This document shows positions 46,477 to 56,590 of a DNA stretch of 64,000 nt, in pieces. The position numbers were made by a program, and so were the translations under genes. Position 1 is the first letter of the stretch; every line of letters starts with the position of its first letter. Location: positions 192,154 to 256,153 of the forward strand of contig JAPLZK010000002.1 of assembly GCA_026395055.1 (NCBI GenBank), written 5' to 3'. Origin of the DNA: Candidatus Uhrbacteria bacterium (GTDB lineage Bacteria; Patescibacteriota; Patescibacteriia; UBA9934; GWF2-40-263). The notes beneath the pieces are model-generated. The model was not told the origin of the DNA. It did not search any database and saw only the letters and a list, made by a program, of their open reading frames with translations.

Positions 46477-47112
46477 ATGTTTGATGAAATTTCAAAAGAA
46501 CCAGAGGATGTGTTCGCACAAACGGACGCTGCAGCGCCGCAAATGACGCCACCAACCATGAACGCACCTCAACCTACCGTTGCGCCAGCGCCTGCAATGG
46601 CCGCCGCGTCTGCTCCGGTTATCGTGTCAGCATCTGAAAAAAGACCGTTTCCATGGAAACTTGTCGTTCTTTTTGTGGCGATTGTTGTTGTTGTTGGACT
46701 CGCGTTTTTCCTTAGCATGAAAATTCTCAACTCTCGTACGCCTGTTACGCCATCCGCACCTGTTGAAACTGCACAGCCTGCGACACAGGTTCCAACTCCA
46801 GAAGTTCCCGCTGTTGCACCCACAACAACACCTGTTGATCAAACTGCGCCAGCCCCAACTCCTGTTGTCGATCAAACACTCGATTCAGATAAAGATGGTC
46901 TGACGGATGTTCGCGAAGCACAACTCGGAACCAATCCAAATAATCCAGATACAGATGGAGACGGCTTGTTTGATAAGGAAGAGGTGGATGTTTACCACAC
47001 AAATCCATTAAATCCAGATACAGACGGAGATGGATTCAAAGATGGTGATGAAGTTAAGAAAGGATATAATCCAAATGGCCCAGGAAAACTTCTTCAAATT
47101 CCTCAAAAATAA
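46477..47112 (+). CDS. Pro-rich single-TM protein with bacterial TSP3-like repeats
   Basis: DSDKDGLTD..E...GTNPNNPDTDGDGL, DTDGDGFKDGDE. Confidence 0.82.
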   Translation: MFDEISKEPEDVFAQTDAAAPQMTPPTMNAPQPTVAPAPAMAAASAPVIVSASEKRPFPWKLVVLFVAIVVVVGLAFFLSMKILNSRTPVTPSAPVETAQPATQVPTPEVPAVAPTTTPVDQTAPAPTPVVDQTLDSDKDGLTDVREAQLGTNPNNPDTDGDGLFDKEEVDVYHTNPLNPDTDGDGFKDGDEVKKGYNPNGPGKLLQIPQK

Positions 47113-47114
47113 GT

Positions 47115-48113
47115 ATGGCGGACCAGATGCTCCAACAACCCGTGACGCAAACGTCAACGCAAAACACACCTGATCAAGTGCGTGTGTTTGCGATGCCAGC
47201 ACGTTATCGTCACGGTGCGGTTGTGAATATGGTTGAACCCGTAAAAGCATCTGCCCCAACAGCCATTGTTCAGCCACCCGTTCCGCCAAAAGTTCTCGCG
47301 CCCATTCCGTCTGCACTTCCACAAAAACAACAGCCTTCACAGACAAAAAAAGGGTTATTGGTTGCTGGAGTCATTGTTCTTATTGCTCTTGGAATTGGCG
47401 GTTATCTTTTGTGGCGTAGTGTACAAAAAAATAAAGAAGCGATTCCTGTGGAACAACCTTCGCAAACGCAAACAACTTCTGAGACTCCGGCAATAACCCC
47501 AGCCACACCCGTTACAACACCTGTGACAACAGGAACGGTTCCATCAACAAATCCATTCCCGTCCGCGGTAACGCCTGGAGTAGATACGGATTCAGACGGT
47601 CTGACGGATATTGAAGAAACAATTGTCTACGGAACCAATCCAAATTTACCCGACACAGATGGTGACGGGTTCCTAGACGGAAATGAAGTTTTTCACGGAT
47701 ATAATCCAAACGGAACAGCTCCTGGGACACTTGAACTTGCCGGACTCGCACAAATGCTGAAGATCGACGGAATTCAGATGTTGTACCCAATGAAATGGAC
47801 CGTTCTCCCCGCATCTTCAGGAACAGGATCTGTTGTTTCAACAACAACAGGTGAAAGTGTTACGGTGAGTATTCTTGCAAAAGATGCATCGCTTTCTCTT
47901 TCCGATTGGTATCAACAATCCGGAAAAGCAGGAGCTCCCTCTAGCTCGAAGAGCAGAAAAGGGTACCCAATGCTCGTGGATAAAAACCAGTTGGGTGTGT
48001 ATTTAGATCTTGGAACACAGGTGGTGAGTCTGATTTATGACACGTCCACAAAAGCAACCATAGATTATCTTCAGACATTTCAAATGATGGTGAATAGTGT
48101 AGAAAAAATATGA
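47115..48113 (+). CDS. Pro-rich single-TM protein with bacterial TSP3-like repeats
   Basis: DTDSDGLTDIEE, DTDGDGFLDGNE, C-terminal globular domain. Confidence 0.82.
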   Translation: MADQMLQQPVTQTSTQNTPDQVRVFAMPARYRHGAVVNMVEPVKASAPTAIVQPPVPPKVLAPIPSALPQKQQPSQTKKGLLVAGVIVLIALGIGGYLLWRSVQKNKEAIPVEQPSQTQTTSETPAITPATPVTTPVTTGTVPSTNPFPSAVTPGVDTDSDGLTDIEETIVYGTNPNLPDTDGDGFLDGNEVFHGYNPNGTAPGTLELAGLAQMLKIDGIQMLYPMKWTVLPASSGTGSVVSTTTGESVTVSILAKDASLSLSDWYQQSGKAGAPSSSKSRKGYPMLVDKNQLGVYLDLGTQVVSLIYDTSTKATIDYLQTFQMMVNSVEKI

Positions 48114-48547
48114 TTCAAATTGAACTGAATCAAGAGCTGTTGAAAGGGGGAATGCGGTTTCCGGAAGCGCGCTTGATTCAGATTGCAAAAGAAGTCTCAA
48201 GTGCCTTGAAGTTAAAGCGCAAGCACAATATTTCCGCCGCGTTTGTGTCGGAAAAGGAGATGAAGAAGCTCAACTTGCATCACAGAGGAAAGAATTCTGT
48301 GACGGATGTTTTATCATTCACACTCAATAACGAAGATTATTTTGGCGAGATCTTGTTCAGTTACGAACAGGCAAAGCGTCAGGCAAAAGAAATGAAGCAT
48401 TCGGTTCGTGATGAGATCACGTTCCTTACGGTTCATGGGCTGCTTCATGTGTTCGGGTTTGATCATGAAAAACCGCTCGATGCAAAAAAGATGTTTCCCT
48501 TGCAGACAAAAATTTTACTCAAGCTTGGTGTGGATCCCCGAATATGA
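48110..48547 (+). CDS. ybeY: rRNA maturation RNase YbeY
   Basis: TDVLSF, HGLLHVFGFDH. Confidence 0.94.
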   Translation: MIQIELNQELLKGGMRFPEARLIQIAKEVSSALKLKRKHNISAAFVSEKEMKKLNLHHRGKNSVTDVLSFTLNNEDYFGEILFSYEQAKRQAKEMKHSVRDEITFLTVHGLLHVFGFDHEKPLDAKKMFPLQTKILLKLGVDPRI

Positions 48548-48912
48548 TTGCTTGGAAGCAGCTGCAAAAAAGTTTTGGGTATGCAACAAACGGCCTCTCG
48601 ACCGTTTTTCGATCTGAGCAAAGCTTCCGTTTGCAATCAATTGTTGCGCTGTGTGTTGTCGTACTCGCCATGTATTTTCGTATTCCACATCTTGAATTCA
48701 TCATTCTGTTGCTCTTGATTGCGGCTGTATTGATTCTCGAACTCGTGAACAGTATCTTTGAACGCATGCTTGACGCCTTTAAACCAAGACTTCACCCAAT
48801 CGTAAAGGAAGCCAAAGACATGATGGCCGCAGCGGTTCTTCTCATGTCGTTGTTTGCCTTCGTTATTGGGATCTTGATTTTTCTGCCATACGTTCGTTTG
48901 CTGTTTTTGTAA
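48544..48912 (+). CDS. dgkA: diacylglycerol/undecaprenol kinase
   Basis: SFGYATNG, ELVNSIFE, AKDMMAAAV. Confidence 0.9.
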   Translation: MIAWKQLQKSFGYATNGLSTVFRSEQSFRLQSIVALCVVVLAMYFRIPHLEFIILLLLIAAVLILELVNSIFERMLDAFKPRLHPIVKEAKDMMAAAVLLMSLFAFVIGILIFLPYVRLLFL

Positions 48913-48982
48913 GTTCCGAGCTATAATTTTGGTATTCAAATCGCTCGCCACGCACTATTTACTACTCGCTACTCTTTCCCTT

Positions 48983-50242
48983 ATGTCCGAAGAAGTATTC
49001 ACTGGTCTCGATATTGGCTCTTGCGCTGTGCGTGTTGCTGTTGGAAAACTCGTTCCATCAGCGGACGGCAAAGAACAAATTCATATCGTGGGCGCAGTGG
49101 AAGTTCCCTCATCTGGTATCAATAAAGGAACCGTCACCAATCTGGAAGACGCGGTTTCTTCTGTTTCAAGAGCGCTTGAACAAGCGGAACGCATCACGGG
49201 ACTCCCTTTGAATAAAGCTTGGGTAGGGATCAGCGGAAGTCACATCATCTCCCAAGAATCTCGAGGAGTCATTGGGGTTGGACGTTCGGATGGAGAGATT
49301 CGTGAAGAAGATGTCGAGCGCTCCATTGAAGCAGCTCGAACCGTTGCAACGCCAACTAACTACGAAATCATTCACGTCATCCCAAAAAGTTTTATTGTGG
49401 ACGGTCAACGGGGAATTAAAGATCCCGTTGGAATGAATGGAATTCGGCTGGAGGTCGACGCGCTCATCATTCAGGGGCTCGGCTCACAAATTAAAAATAT
49501 TACAAAGGCCGTTTATAGAACAGGATTAGATATCGAAGACTTAGTGTTCTCGATACTTGCCACAGCAGAAGCGGTCATCTCGGAGCGTCAGAAAGAGCTC
49601 GGGGTTTGTGTTGTAAACATCGGCGCTTCGACGACGAGTCTCGTTGTGTTCGAAGAAGGGGATATCCTTCACACTGCTGTGTTGCCGATTGGGTCGGATC
49701 ATATTACGTCGGATATTGCCATTGGACTTCGAACATCTATCGATGTTGCGGAGCAGATGAAGTTGCGACATGCAACCTGTTTGCCCGAGGAGGTCGGAAA
49801 GAAAGACGAGATCAACCTTGCGGAACTCGGTGCGCCAGAGGAAGAATGGGTTGGTCGAAGATTTGTGGCCGACATTACAGAGGCGCGCGTTTCCGAGATT
49901 TTCGAACTTGTAGATCGTGAACTTCAGAAGGTGGATCGCTCAGGAATGCTTCCTGCCGGAGTTGTTCTTACGGGGTCTGGCGCGAAGCTTGTCGGAATGC
50001 TGGAGGCGGGGAAGGCAACGCTTCGTTTGCCAATCTCTCTTGGAACACCAATCGGCGTATCGTCTGTGATTGATCGGATCAATGATCCTGGAATGAGCAC
50101 CGCAATTGGACTTGTTCTCTGGGGAAAACATATCAGAGGAGCTCATCAAGACAAAGGGTTTGGACAGATTATGTCGAAGATCGGAGGACTGGAGAAGGTT
50201 GGAAGTGGATTCATGAAGATGTTGAAGCAATTGAAGCCATAA
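48983..50242 (+). CDS. ftsA: cell division protein FtsA
   Basis: GLDIGS, DPVGMNGIRLE, GSDHITSDIA, GVVLTGSGA, amphipathic C-terminus. Confidence 0.96.
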   Translation: MSEEVFTGLDIGSCAVRVAVGKLVPSADGKEQIHIVGAVEVPSSGINKGTVTNLEDAVSSVSRALEQAERITGLPLNKAWVGISGSHIISQESRGVIGVGRSDGEIREEDVERSIEAARTVATPTNYEIIHVIPKSFIVDGQRGIKDPVGMNGIRLEVDALIIQGLGSQIKNITKAVYRTGLDIEDLVFSILATAEAVISERQKELGVCVVNIGASTTSLVVFEEGDILHTAVLPIGSDHITSDIAIGLRTSIDVAEQMKLRHATCLPEEVGKKDEINLAELGAPEEEWVGRRFVADITEARVSEIFELVDRELQKVDRSGMLPAGVVLTGSGAKLVGMLEAGKATLRLPISLGTPIGVSSVIDRINDPGMSTAIGLVLWGKHIRGAHQDKGFGQIMSKIGGLEKVGSGFMKMLKQLKP

Positions 50243-50454
50243 GTGCAAATAATTTGAGTGAAACAAAACATGTCTCTTCGGCATGTTTTTCTTTTTTTGG
50301 CCAGTTTATCTATCCACAGTTGCGATTTTGTTTTCTTGACTTCCCCTTTGACGATGTTACAGTGTCATTACAATTTTTGTGCGCAAACAAAGGAAAAGTG
50401 AACAATAATAGTGTTCATCTTCGCACAAAACTTATTCGATTGAATACGAAATAT

Positions 50455-51789
50455 ATGGCACAAGTGAAACCTGACATCGAAACGTTTGCTAAGATTAAAG
50501 TTGTGGGAATTGGTGGGGGCGGAAGCGCTGCTATTAATCGCATGATCTCTGACAACATCAAGGGTGTTGAATTTATTGTTATCAATACAGACGTTCAAGC
50601 ATTGAACCAAAACTTGGCAGCAACAAAAATCGCAATTGGAAAAACCATTACACGCGGTCTTGGTGCGGGAATGAATCCAGAAGTTGGAGCACGCGCCGCG
50701 GAAGAAACACAAAATGAAATCCGTGAAGCGCTCATGGGTTCTGATATGGTGTTCCTTACGTGTGGACTCGGAGGCGGAACCGGAACGGGTGCAATCCCAG
50801 AAGTTGCAAAACTTGCAAAGGACATTGGTGCACTTACAGTTGCAGTTGTCACAAAGCCGTTTACGTTCGAAGGTGCACAACGTCGTCGCATTGCAGATGA
50901 AGGTTTTGAGAAGGTTATGAAGTATGTTGATGCGATCATCACCATTCCAAACGATCGAGTTCTCCAGATTATCGACAAAAAGACTTCTCTCATGGATGCG
51001 TTTAAAGTTGTTGACGATGTTCTTCGTCAGGGTGTGCAGGGAATTGCCGAACTTATTACCGTTCCTGGACTCATCAACGTTGACTATGCCGATGTAAAGG
51101 CCATCATGGAATCAAGCGGTTCAGCCCTCATGGGAATCGGTCGAGCGAGCGGTGAGAACCGAGCGGTGGAAGCGGCAAAGCAAGCAATTGCAAGTCCTTT
51201 GCTTGAACTCTCCATCGATGGTGCACGCGGAATCTTGTTTACCATTACGGGTGGAAGCGATCTTGGAATGCATGAGGTTGCAGAGGCGGCCAAGATCATT
51301 ACAAGCTCAGCAGATGAAGACGCGAAAGTGATCTTTGGAGCAAACATCGACGATTCTCTTGGAGACGAAATTCGTATCGCCGTCGTTGCCACAGGATTTG
51401 ATTCTCGTGAACGCCGCACAACGTCACCAGGTGTTGTAGAGGTACAAGCACAGGGAACTTGGGCGCCAAACACCTTCTTGCGTGTGCGTGAAGAAGAAAG
51501 CCTTCCGCGTCCAGCTCCACGTCCAAAAGTAAATTTTCAATCTCCCGCAAAACCAATGATGGAAACTCCGCGTCCTCAAATGGAGATGCGTAGAGAAACA
51601 TATAATCCGCCAACACCCATCATGGCGCCTTCCCCCGCTCCAGCACCAGCTCCCATGCCCATGATGATGCAACAGCAGGAAGCTCCGGTGCGCATTGCGC
51701 CAAGACCGATGCCTGTTATGCAATCACCGCAGCAGTCTCAAGAAGACGAGATTGAGATTCCTGCATTTATCAGAAAGAAAATGATCTAA
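50455..51789 (+). CDS. ftsZ: cell division protein FtsZ
   Basis: GGGTGTG, NTDVQAL, INVDYAD, C-terminal IPAFIRK. Confidence 0.98.
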   Translation: MAQVKPDIETFAKIKVVGIGGGGSAAINRMISDNIKGVEFIVINTDVQALNQNLAATKIAIGKTITRGLGAGMNPEVGARAAEETQNEIREALMGSDMVFLTCGLGGGTGTGAIPEVAKLAKDIGALTVAVVTKPFTFEGAQRRRIADEGFEKVMKYVDAIITIPNDRVLQIIDKKTSLMDAFKVVDDVLRQGVQGIAELITVPGLINVDYADVKAIMESSGSALMGIGRASGENRAVEAAKQAIASPLLELSIDGARGILFTITGGSDLGMHEVAEAAKIITSSADEDAKVIFGANIDDSLGDEIRIAVVATGFDSRERRTTSPGVVEVQAQGTWAPNTFLRVREEESLPRPAPRPKVNFQSPAKPMMETPRPQMEMRRETYNPPTPIMAPSPAPAPAPMPMMMQQQEAPVRIAPRPMPVMQSPQQSQEDEIEIPAFIRKKMI

Positions 51790-51849
51790 TCAAAAAACAC
51801 TCGTACATTCGTGCGGGTGTTTTCGTTTTCGGGTATACTATTGTTCGCT

Positions 51850-52329
51850 ATGTACTGTCCCGTTTGTAACCACAAAGACTCAAAAGTCATCGATTCTCGC
51901 ATGTCTACGGATGGCGCAAGTGTGCGCAGACGCAGAGAATGCGAAAAATGCGGATTCCGATTTTCCACCCTAGAAGAGTTGGAGCTTTTAGATTTAACGG
52001 TTGTGAAACGTGATGGTCGAAGAGAGACGTATTCTCGAGAAAAGATGATTCGCGGACTAGAACGCGCGCTCCAGAAACGTCCATATACAGACCAAGCCTT
52101 TCAAAGTCTTGTGCACAGAATTGAGCGTAACATTCAAAAAAAGACACACGGACAAATCACCACCGCCGAGCTTGGAGATATTGTCATGAACCAACTCAAG
52201 TCGTTTGATAAGGTTGCTTACATCCGATTCGCGTCTGTCTACAGATCTTTTGAAGATGTAAAAACATTCGAGCGAGAATTAAATAAACTCATCGGCACCA
52301 AGAAAACGCCTTCAAAGAAAAAACGCTAA
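51850..52329 (+). CDS. nrdR: transcriptional repressor NrdR
   Basis: CPVC..VIDSR..RRRRECEKC.RFSTLE, ATP cone, AYIRFASVY. Confidence 0.96.
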   Translation: MYCPVCNHKDSKVIDSRMSTDGASVRRRRECEKCGFRFSTLEELELLDLTVVKRDGRRETYSREKMIRGLERALQKRPYTDQAFQSLVHRIERNIQKKTHGQITTAELGDIVMNQLKSFDKVAYIRFASVYRSFEDVKTFERELNKLIGTKKTPSKKKR

Positions 52330-52330
52330 T

Positions 52331-53530
52331 ATGAAAACCACTCGCCTTGTCGTCGTGTGTATTGTCCTCAGTCTTTTGTGTGGAGGAATTGGTGCGTGGG
52401 TTGTTGGAAGTGTGTATCCAAACATTCTTGCGCAATCAAAGGTTGGAGATAAAGTGGATCCAAAAAGCGCAACCAAGATCGTGAACTTAATCGAAGAAGA
52501 ACGCGCGACCATTCATGTTGTGGATGAAGTTACGCCAGCGGTCGTCAGCGTCATTGCTCGAAAATCACGTGCAGATGTTGTGAAGTTGTATCAGGATCAA
52601 TCATCACCATCTGATTTGGTTTTTTCAGACCCATCACTGAGTGAAGTAGAAGCAAAACAAATGGTTGACGTTTCAAGCGGCACCGGATTTTTTGTGGCGC
52701 AAGACGGATTAATTCTCACAAATCGCCACGTGATTGATGTTCCGGGTGCTTTGTTGTTTGTGGTAACGAATGAAGGAAAAGAACTGCCGGCAAAACTTAT
52801 TGATACGGATGCCGTTCTCGATATTGCTCTGTTGCGAGTTGAGGGAACAGGTTATCCTGTTGCAACGCTTGCGGACTCTGAACAGATTCGTATTGGGCAA
52901 ACGGTTATTGCCATCGGAAATACGCTTTCCGAATTTCGTAACACGGTTACAAAAGGAGTTGTGTCTGGAATTAACAGACGTGTCACAGCGGGATTTGCGG
53001 TAAGTGGATCGGAAGTTATTGAAAAAGCGATTCAAACAGATGCGGCGATTAATCCAGGAAACTCTGGTGGTCCACTCATCAATTTGGTCGGAGAAGTTAT
53101 TGGGGTGAATACGGCCGTGAGCTTTGATGGCCAAGCGGTCGCGTTTGCGATCCCGATCAATCAAGTGAAGCGCGCGATTGAAGACGTCAAATCCATTGGA
53201 CACATTGCGCGACCATGGCTTGGTGTTCATTACGTCCTTGTGACCGGAGAAACAGCAACGCCAAAATTTGCGTTCGGTACAAAATTAGTAAAAGGGGATG
53301 CTGTTGCAGACGCGGCAGTCTCGAAAGGTGGCCCTGCAGATGTGGCTGGTTTGAAAGCGGGAGATGTTCTCATTGCCGTTGATGGAACGGCGTTTGCCCA
53401 AGGAAAGGCATTGGCCGAATTGGTCACTCCTCATCGCGCAGGAGATAAAATAAAGATCCAATACATTCGAGACGGAAATCTTTTTGATACAATAGTCACG
53501 CTCGGCGACGCAGAACAAATTCAAAAATAA
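52331..53530 (+). CDS. HtrA/DegP-like serine protease with PDZ
   Basis: TNRHV, DIALL, TDAAINPGNSGGPL, PDZ. Confidence 0.93.
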   Translation: MKTTRLVVVCIVLSLLCGGIGAWVVGSVYPNILAQSKVGDKVDPKSATKIVNLIEEERATIHVVDEVTPAVVSVIARKSRADVVKLYQDQSSPSDLVFSDPSLSEVEAKQMVDVSSGTGFFVAQDGLILTNRHVIDVPGALLFVVTNEGKELPAKLIDTDAVLDIALLRVEGTGYPVATLADSEQIRIGQTVIAIGNTLSEFRNTVTKGVVSGINRRVTAGFAVSGSEVIEKAIQTDAAINPGNSGGPLINLVGEVIGVNTAVSFDGQAVAFAIPINQVKRAIEDVKSIGHIARPWLGVHYVLVTGETATPKFAFGTKLVKGDAVADAAVSKGGPADVAGLKAGDVLIAVDGTAFAQGKALAELVTPHRAGDKIKIQYIRDGNLFDTIVTLGDAEQIQK

Positions 53531-53538
53531 GTACATGT

Positions 53539-54936
53539 ATGAAACGCACAAAAATTGTTTGCACCATTGGTCCAGCCTCTGACAAAGAATCCACACTCAC
53601 CTCCATGATGAAAGCAGGAATGGATGTTGCTCGTTTGAATTTTTCACACGGGACACACGCCGGTCATGCAAAGCTGTTACGTCTGGTTCGAAAGACCGCA
53701 AAGAAATTGAATAAGCCAATTGCCGTGATCGGGGATCTTCAAGGTCCAAAAATTCGTTTAGGTGTTTTGCCGGATGCAGGTGTTTCCGTTCCGACAGGAT
53801 CCATGGTCGTTCTTTCTACAGCATCCACAACGTATAAAGCAGGATTCATTCCTGTCACCTACACAAATCTCCACAAGGATGTAAAAGTCGGAAATCGTAT
53901 TTTGATTGATGATGGTCTTCTTGAAGGAGAGGTGACACAGGTTTCCGGAAAGAATATTCACATGAAAATGAAAAATGGCGGAACGGTAACGTCTCATAAA
54001 GGAATGAACTTTCCCGATTCAACGCTCAAGGTTTCGTCTCTTACAGAGAAAGACCGAGACGATGTGAAGTTTGGTGTTCTACAAGAAGTAGATTGGATGG
54101 CACTTTCGTTTGTGACGTCCGCGGCCGACGTAAGGCTTCTTCGAAAACTCATCAAAGCTGCCGCAAAGCCAGGACAGGTTCTTCCTCGCATTATCGTGAA
54201 GATTGAAAAACATGAGGCGATCGAGAATTTTGATGAGATCATGAAGGCGACAGATGCGGTCATGGTTGCACGTGGTGATCTTGGTGTCGAGATTCCCGCA
54301 GAAGAAGTTCCAGTTCGTCAAAAAGAAATGATTGAGAAATGTCGCAACGCAGGAAAGCCTGTTGTCGTTGCAACACAAATGCTTGACTCCATGATTCGCA
54401 ATCCTCGCCCAACACGTGCGGAAGTTTCGGACGTAGCAAACGCGGTGTTTGATCACGCAGATGGTGTTATGCTTTCGGGTGAGTCTGCGTCGGGGAAGTA
54501 CCCACTCGCTGCGGTAAAAATGATGGCACAAATTGTGGTAGAAGCAGAAGGATCAAAGTTTGATGATGTTCCGTTGTCTGTAGAGCCACCAGCAGATCAA
54601 CCAGCATCGGTTGCACATGCAATCAAATTACTTGCGATGCAAGGCTCTATCGACGGCGTGCTCGTCTCACAAGAACTCGCACCATGGTCGGAAACCGTTT
54701 TGCGATCTCATCCAGAGATTCCATTGTTTCTTGCCGTGCCAAATAAACAACTTGAACAACAAACAGTCTTGCGTTGGAGTGCGATGCCGTTTGTCCTTAA
54801 GCACGCGAATGAGAAAACATTTTTGAAGCGAGCGCTCCTTGAACTCAAGAAAAAGAAATGGACCAAGAAGGGAATGAAGCTTGCGGTGATTATGGGTGGA
54901 TCCCACGGAGAAGGATTTGACCATGTGGTCGTTTAA
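53539..54936 (+). CDS. pyk: pyruvate kinase
   Basis: RTKIVCTIGPAS, RLNFSHG, DLQGPKIR, MVARGDLGVE, ATQMLDSM, MLSGES. Confidence 0.97.
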   Translation: MKRTKIVCTIGPASDKESTLTSMMKAGMDVARLNFSHGTHAGHAKLLRLVRKTAKKLNKPIAVIGDLQGPKIRLGVLPDAGVSVPTGSMVVLSTASTTYKAGFIPVTYTNLHKDVKVGNRILIDDGLLEGEVTQVSGKNIHMKMKNGGTVTSHKGMNFPDSTLKVSSLTEKDRDDVKFGVLQEVDWMALSFVTSAADVRLLRKLIKAAAKPGQVLPRIIVKIEKHEAIENFDEIMKATDAVMVARGDLGVEIPAEEVPVRQKEMIEKCRNAGKPVVVATQMLDSMIRNPRPTRAEVSDVANAVFDHADGVMLSGESASGKYPLAAVKMMAQIVVEAEGSKFDDVPLSVEPPADQPASVAHAIKLLAMQGSIDGVLVSQELAPWSETVLRSHPEIPLFLAVPNKQLEQQTVLRWSAMPFVLKHANEKTFLKRALLELKKKKWTKKGMKLAVIMGGSHGEGFDHVVV

Positions 54937-55021
54937 CGGTAAGACAAAGAGGAAGCGTCATGCTTCCTCTTTTTTGTTTCCAAGCTCTCCCCCTGCAAAG
55001 GGGGAGTTGGAGGGGGTTCCC

Positions 55022-55291
55022 ATGTATCGCATACATTCGCTCATTCTTCTTCTGCTCGCATCTTGCGCGGCAAACGTGATTCAGACACGTGATCGATCGG
55101 TCGTGTGTAAACGAGATGGGCGTATTGAGCTTAGCTCTGTGATTGACCCACAGGTCTACATCTTGGTTTTTACACGCGAGCATTATGAGTTGCGGCTCGT
55201 GGATTCGCACCGTGCGGTTGCAAAATATGACCAATGTTACATGGAAATTTTTCCACCACCTACGTTTGTGGAACACCCTGACACTCGATAA
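55022..55291 (+). CDS. putative lipoprotein
   Basis: LLLLASC lipobox; GGAGGGG SD. Confidence 0.6.
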   Translation: MYRIHSLILLLLASCAANVIQTRDRSVVCKRDGRIELSSVIDPQVYILVFTREHYELRLVDSHRAVAKYDQCYMEIFPPPTFVEHPDTR

Positions 55292-55394
55292 CATCGAGTG
55301 TTTTTCATTGACAATCTTTCGAAAATCGACTAGGATCATCAATCCTCAGCGTTGGGGATACAGGCGCACAATTCCAACAATTGGAGGTGAATTC

Positions 55395-55916
55395 ATGCGT
55401 ACGTTCCTTTTGATCCTTTCTCTTTGCTGCCTCGCGGCGTGCGAGCAAACCATAAATGCGGACGGATCACCGCTTCCGCCTCTTGTAAAGTGCAAACCCA
55501 CGTGGGATCAGCGCGCGCTCACAAATTGGCGTCAGCGTGAGTGTACGAGTGGACCAAACAAAGACCAGTGTGTGCCCATGGGGCGCACGACAATCCTGGT
55601 CGAGTTTGTTCATGACGGCTGCCGTTCCTTCAAAGAGACGATTGACTATCAAGCTTCGCTCATTCAGGGGTATTCTCCGAATCATGCGTTCGTCTTGGTG
55701 ACCGCATCGTCAGACGCGCTCACGCGCAGTTTGTTCGATCATGGAATGTACATTGGCGCTCCGTGTCGTGCGTTCTTTTTCGACGATACTATGAAGCCAG
55801 ATCGCAAGCTTCCAAACGAAGATCAATGGTTCGTTGAGTTGTGCAAAGACGCAACGTCCGTATCTCAATTCGAGTGCGGAAGTCAGTTGGCAGACAAACG
55901 GTTGTACACGCCATGA
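55395..55916 (+). CDS. Cys-rich putative lipoprotein (paralog 1)
   Basis: GGAGGTG SD, CLAAC lipobox, MGRTTILVEFVH core. Confidence 0.75.
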   Translation: MRTFLLILSLCCLAACEQTINADGSPLPPLVKCKPTWDQRALTNWRQRECTSGPNKDQCVPMGRTTILVEFVHDGCRSFKETIDYQASLIQGYSPNHAFVLVTASSDALTRSLFDHGMYIGAPCRAFFFDDTMKPDRKLPNEDQWFVELCKDATSVSQFECGSQLADKRLYTP

Positions 55917-55930
55917 TGCGTGTAAGGGGG

Positions 55931-56512
55931 ATGTACATGTTTCTGCGATGCGCACTCATGTTGTTCTTGCTCATTCCGTGTGCGTGCAGGCGTCCTGTTC
56001 AGGGATTGCTCTCTCATGCGCACGCGTGTGAATCGAATACGTGCCTTCCAACACCCGAGCCGCAACCTCCCCCACCGCCCGCAACGATCAAAAGCAAACC
56101 TACGTGGGCAACGCGTACGTTTAATAGTTGGTTACAGGTGACGTGTCCGCGTGACGGGAGTAAATGTTTGCCGATGGGGCGTACGACAATCCTTGTGGAG
56201 TTTGTTCACAACGGGTGTCGTGAGTTCCAACATCAGATCGACAACCAATCCGAACTGATTCAGGGATACGCCGCAGAACACAATTTCCTGATTGTCACTG
56301 CCGCTTCGGACGCACTCACACGAGCGCTGTATGATTCCGATCGTGTCTTTGAACCGCCTTGTCGTGTTTTTTTCTACAACGACCTGCCAAAAGCGGATCA
56401 GCAGATTCCAAACGAAGATCAGCAGTTCGTTGAACTGTGTAAGGACGATACGTCTGTCACAGATGGCGAATGTCGCTCGCAGCTGAACGCGAAGAAACTT
56501 TACGCACCCTAG
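55931..56512 (+). CDS. Cys-rich putative lipoprotein (paralog 2)
   Basis: Shares MGRTTILVEFVH, SDALTR, PNEDQ.FVELCKD with paralog 1. Confidence 0.75.
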   Translation: MYMFLRCALMLFLLIPCACRRPVQGLLSHAHACESNTCLPTPEPQPPPPPATIKSKPTWATRTFNSWLQVTCPRDGSKCLPMGRTTILVEFVHNGCREFQHQIDNQSELIQGYAAEHNFLIVTAASDALTRALYDSDRVFEPPCRVFFYNDLPKADQQIPNEDQQFVELCKDDTSVTDGECRSQLNAKKLYAP

Positions 56513-56590
56513 CCGCCTTTACAAAGAGGCGGTTTTTTTGTTACCGTCTACGTAGACTCTCATGACGATCTACAAAGAGGGGAGGGTGTC

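Noticed and set aside
55395-56512. Diversity-generating retroelement TR/VR pair
   Set aside because: Paralog differences are not adenine-specific and no reverse transcriptase is in the window.
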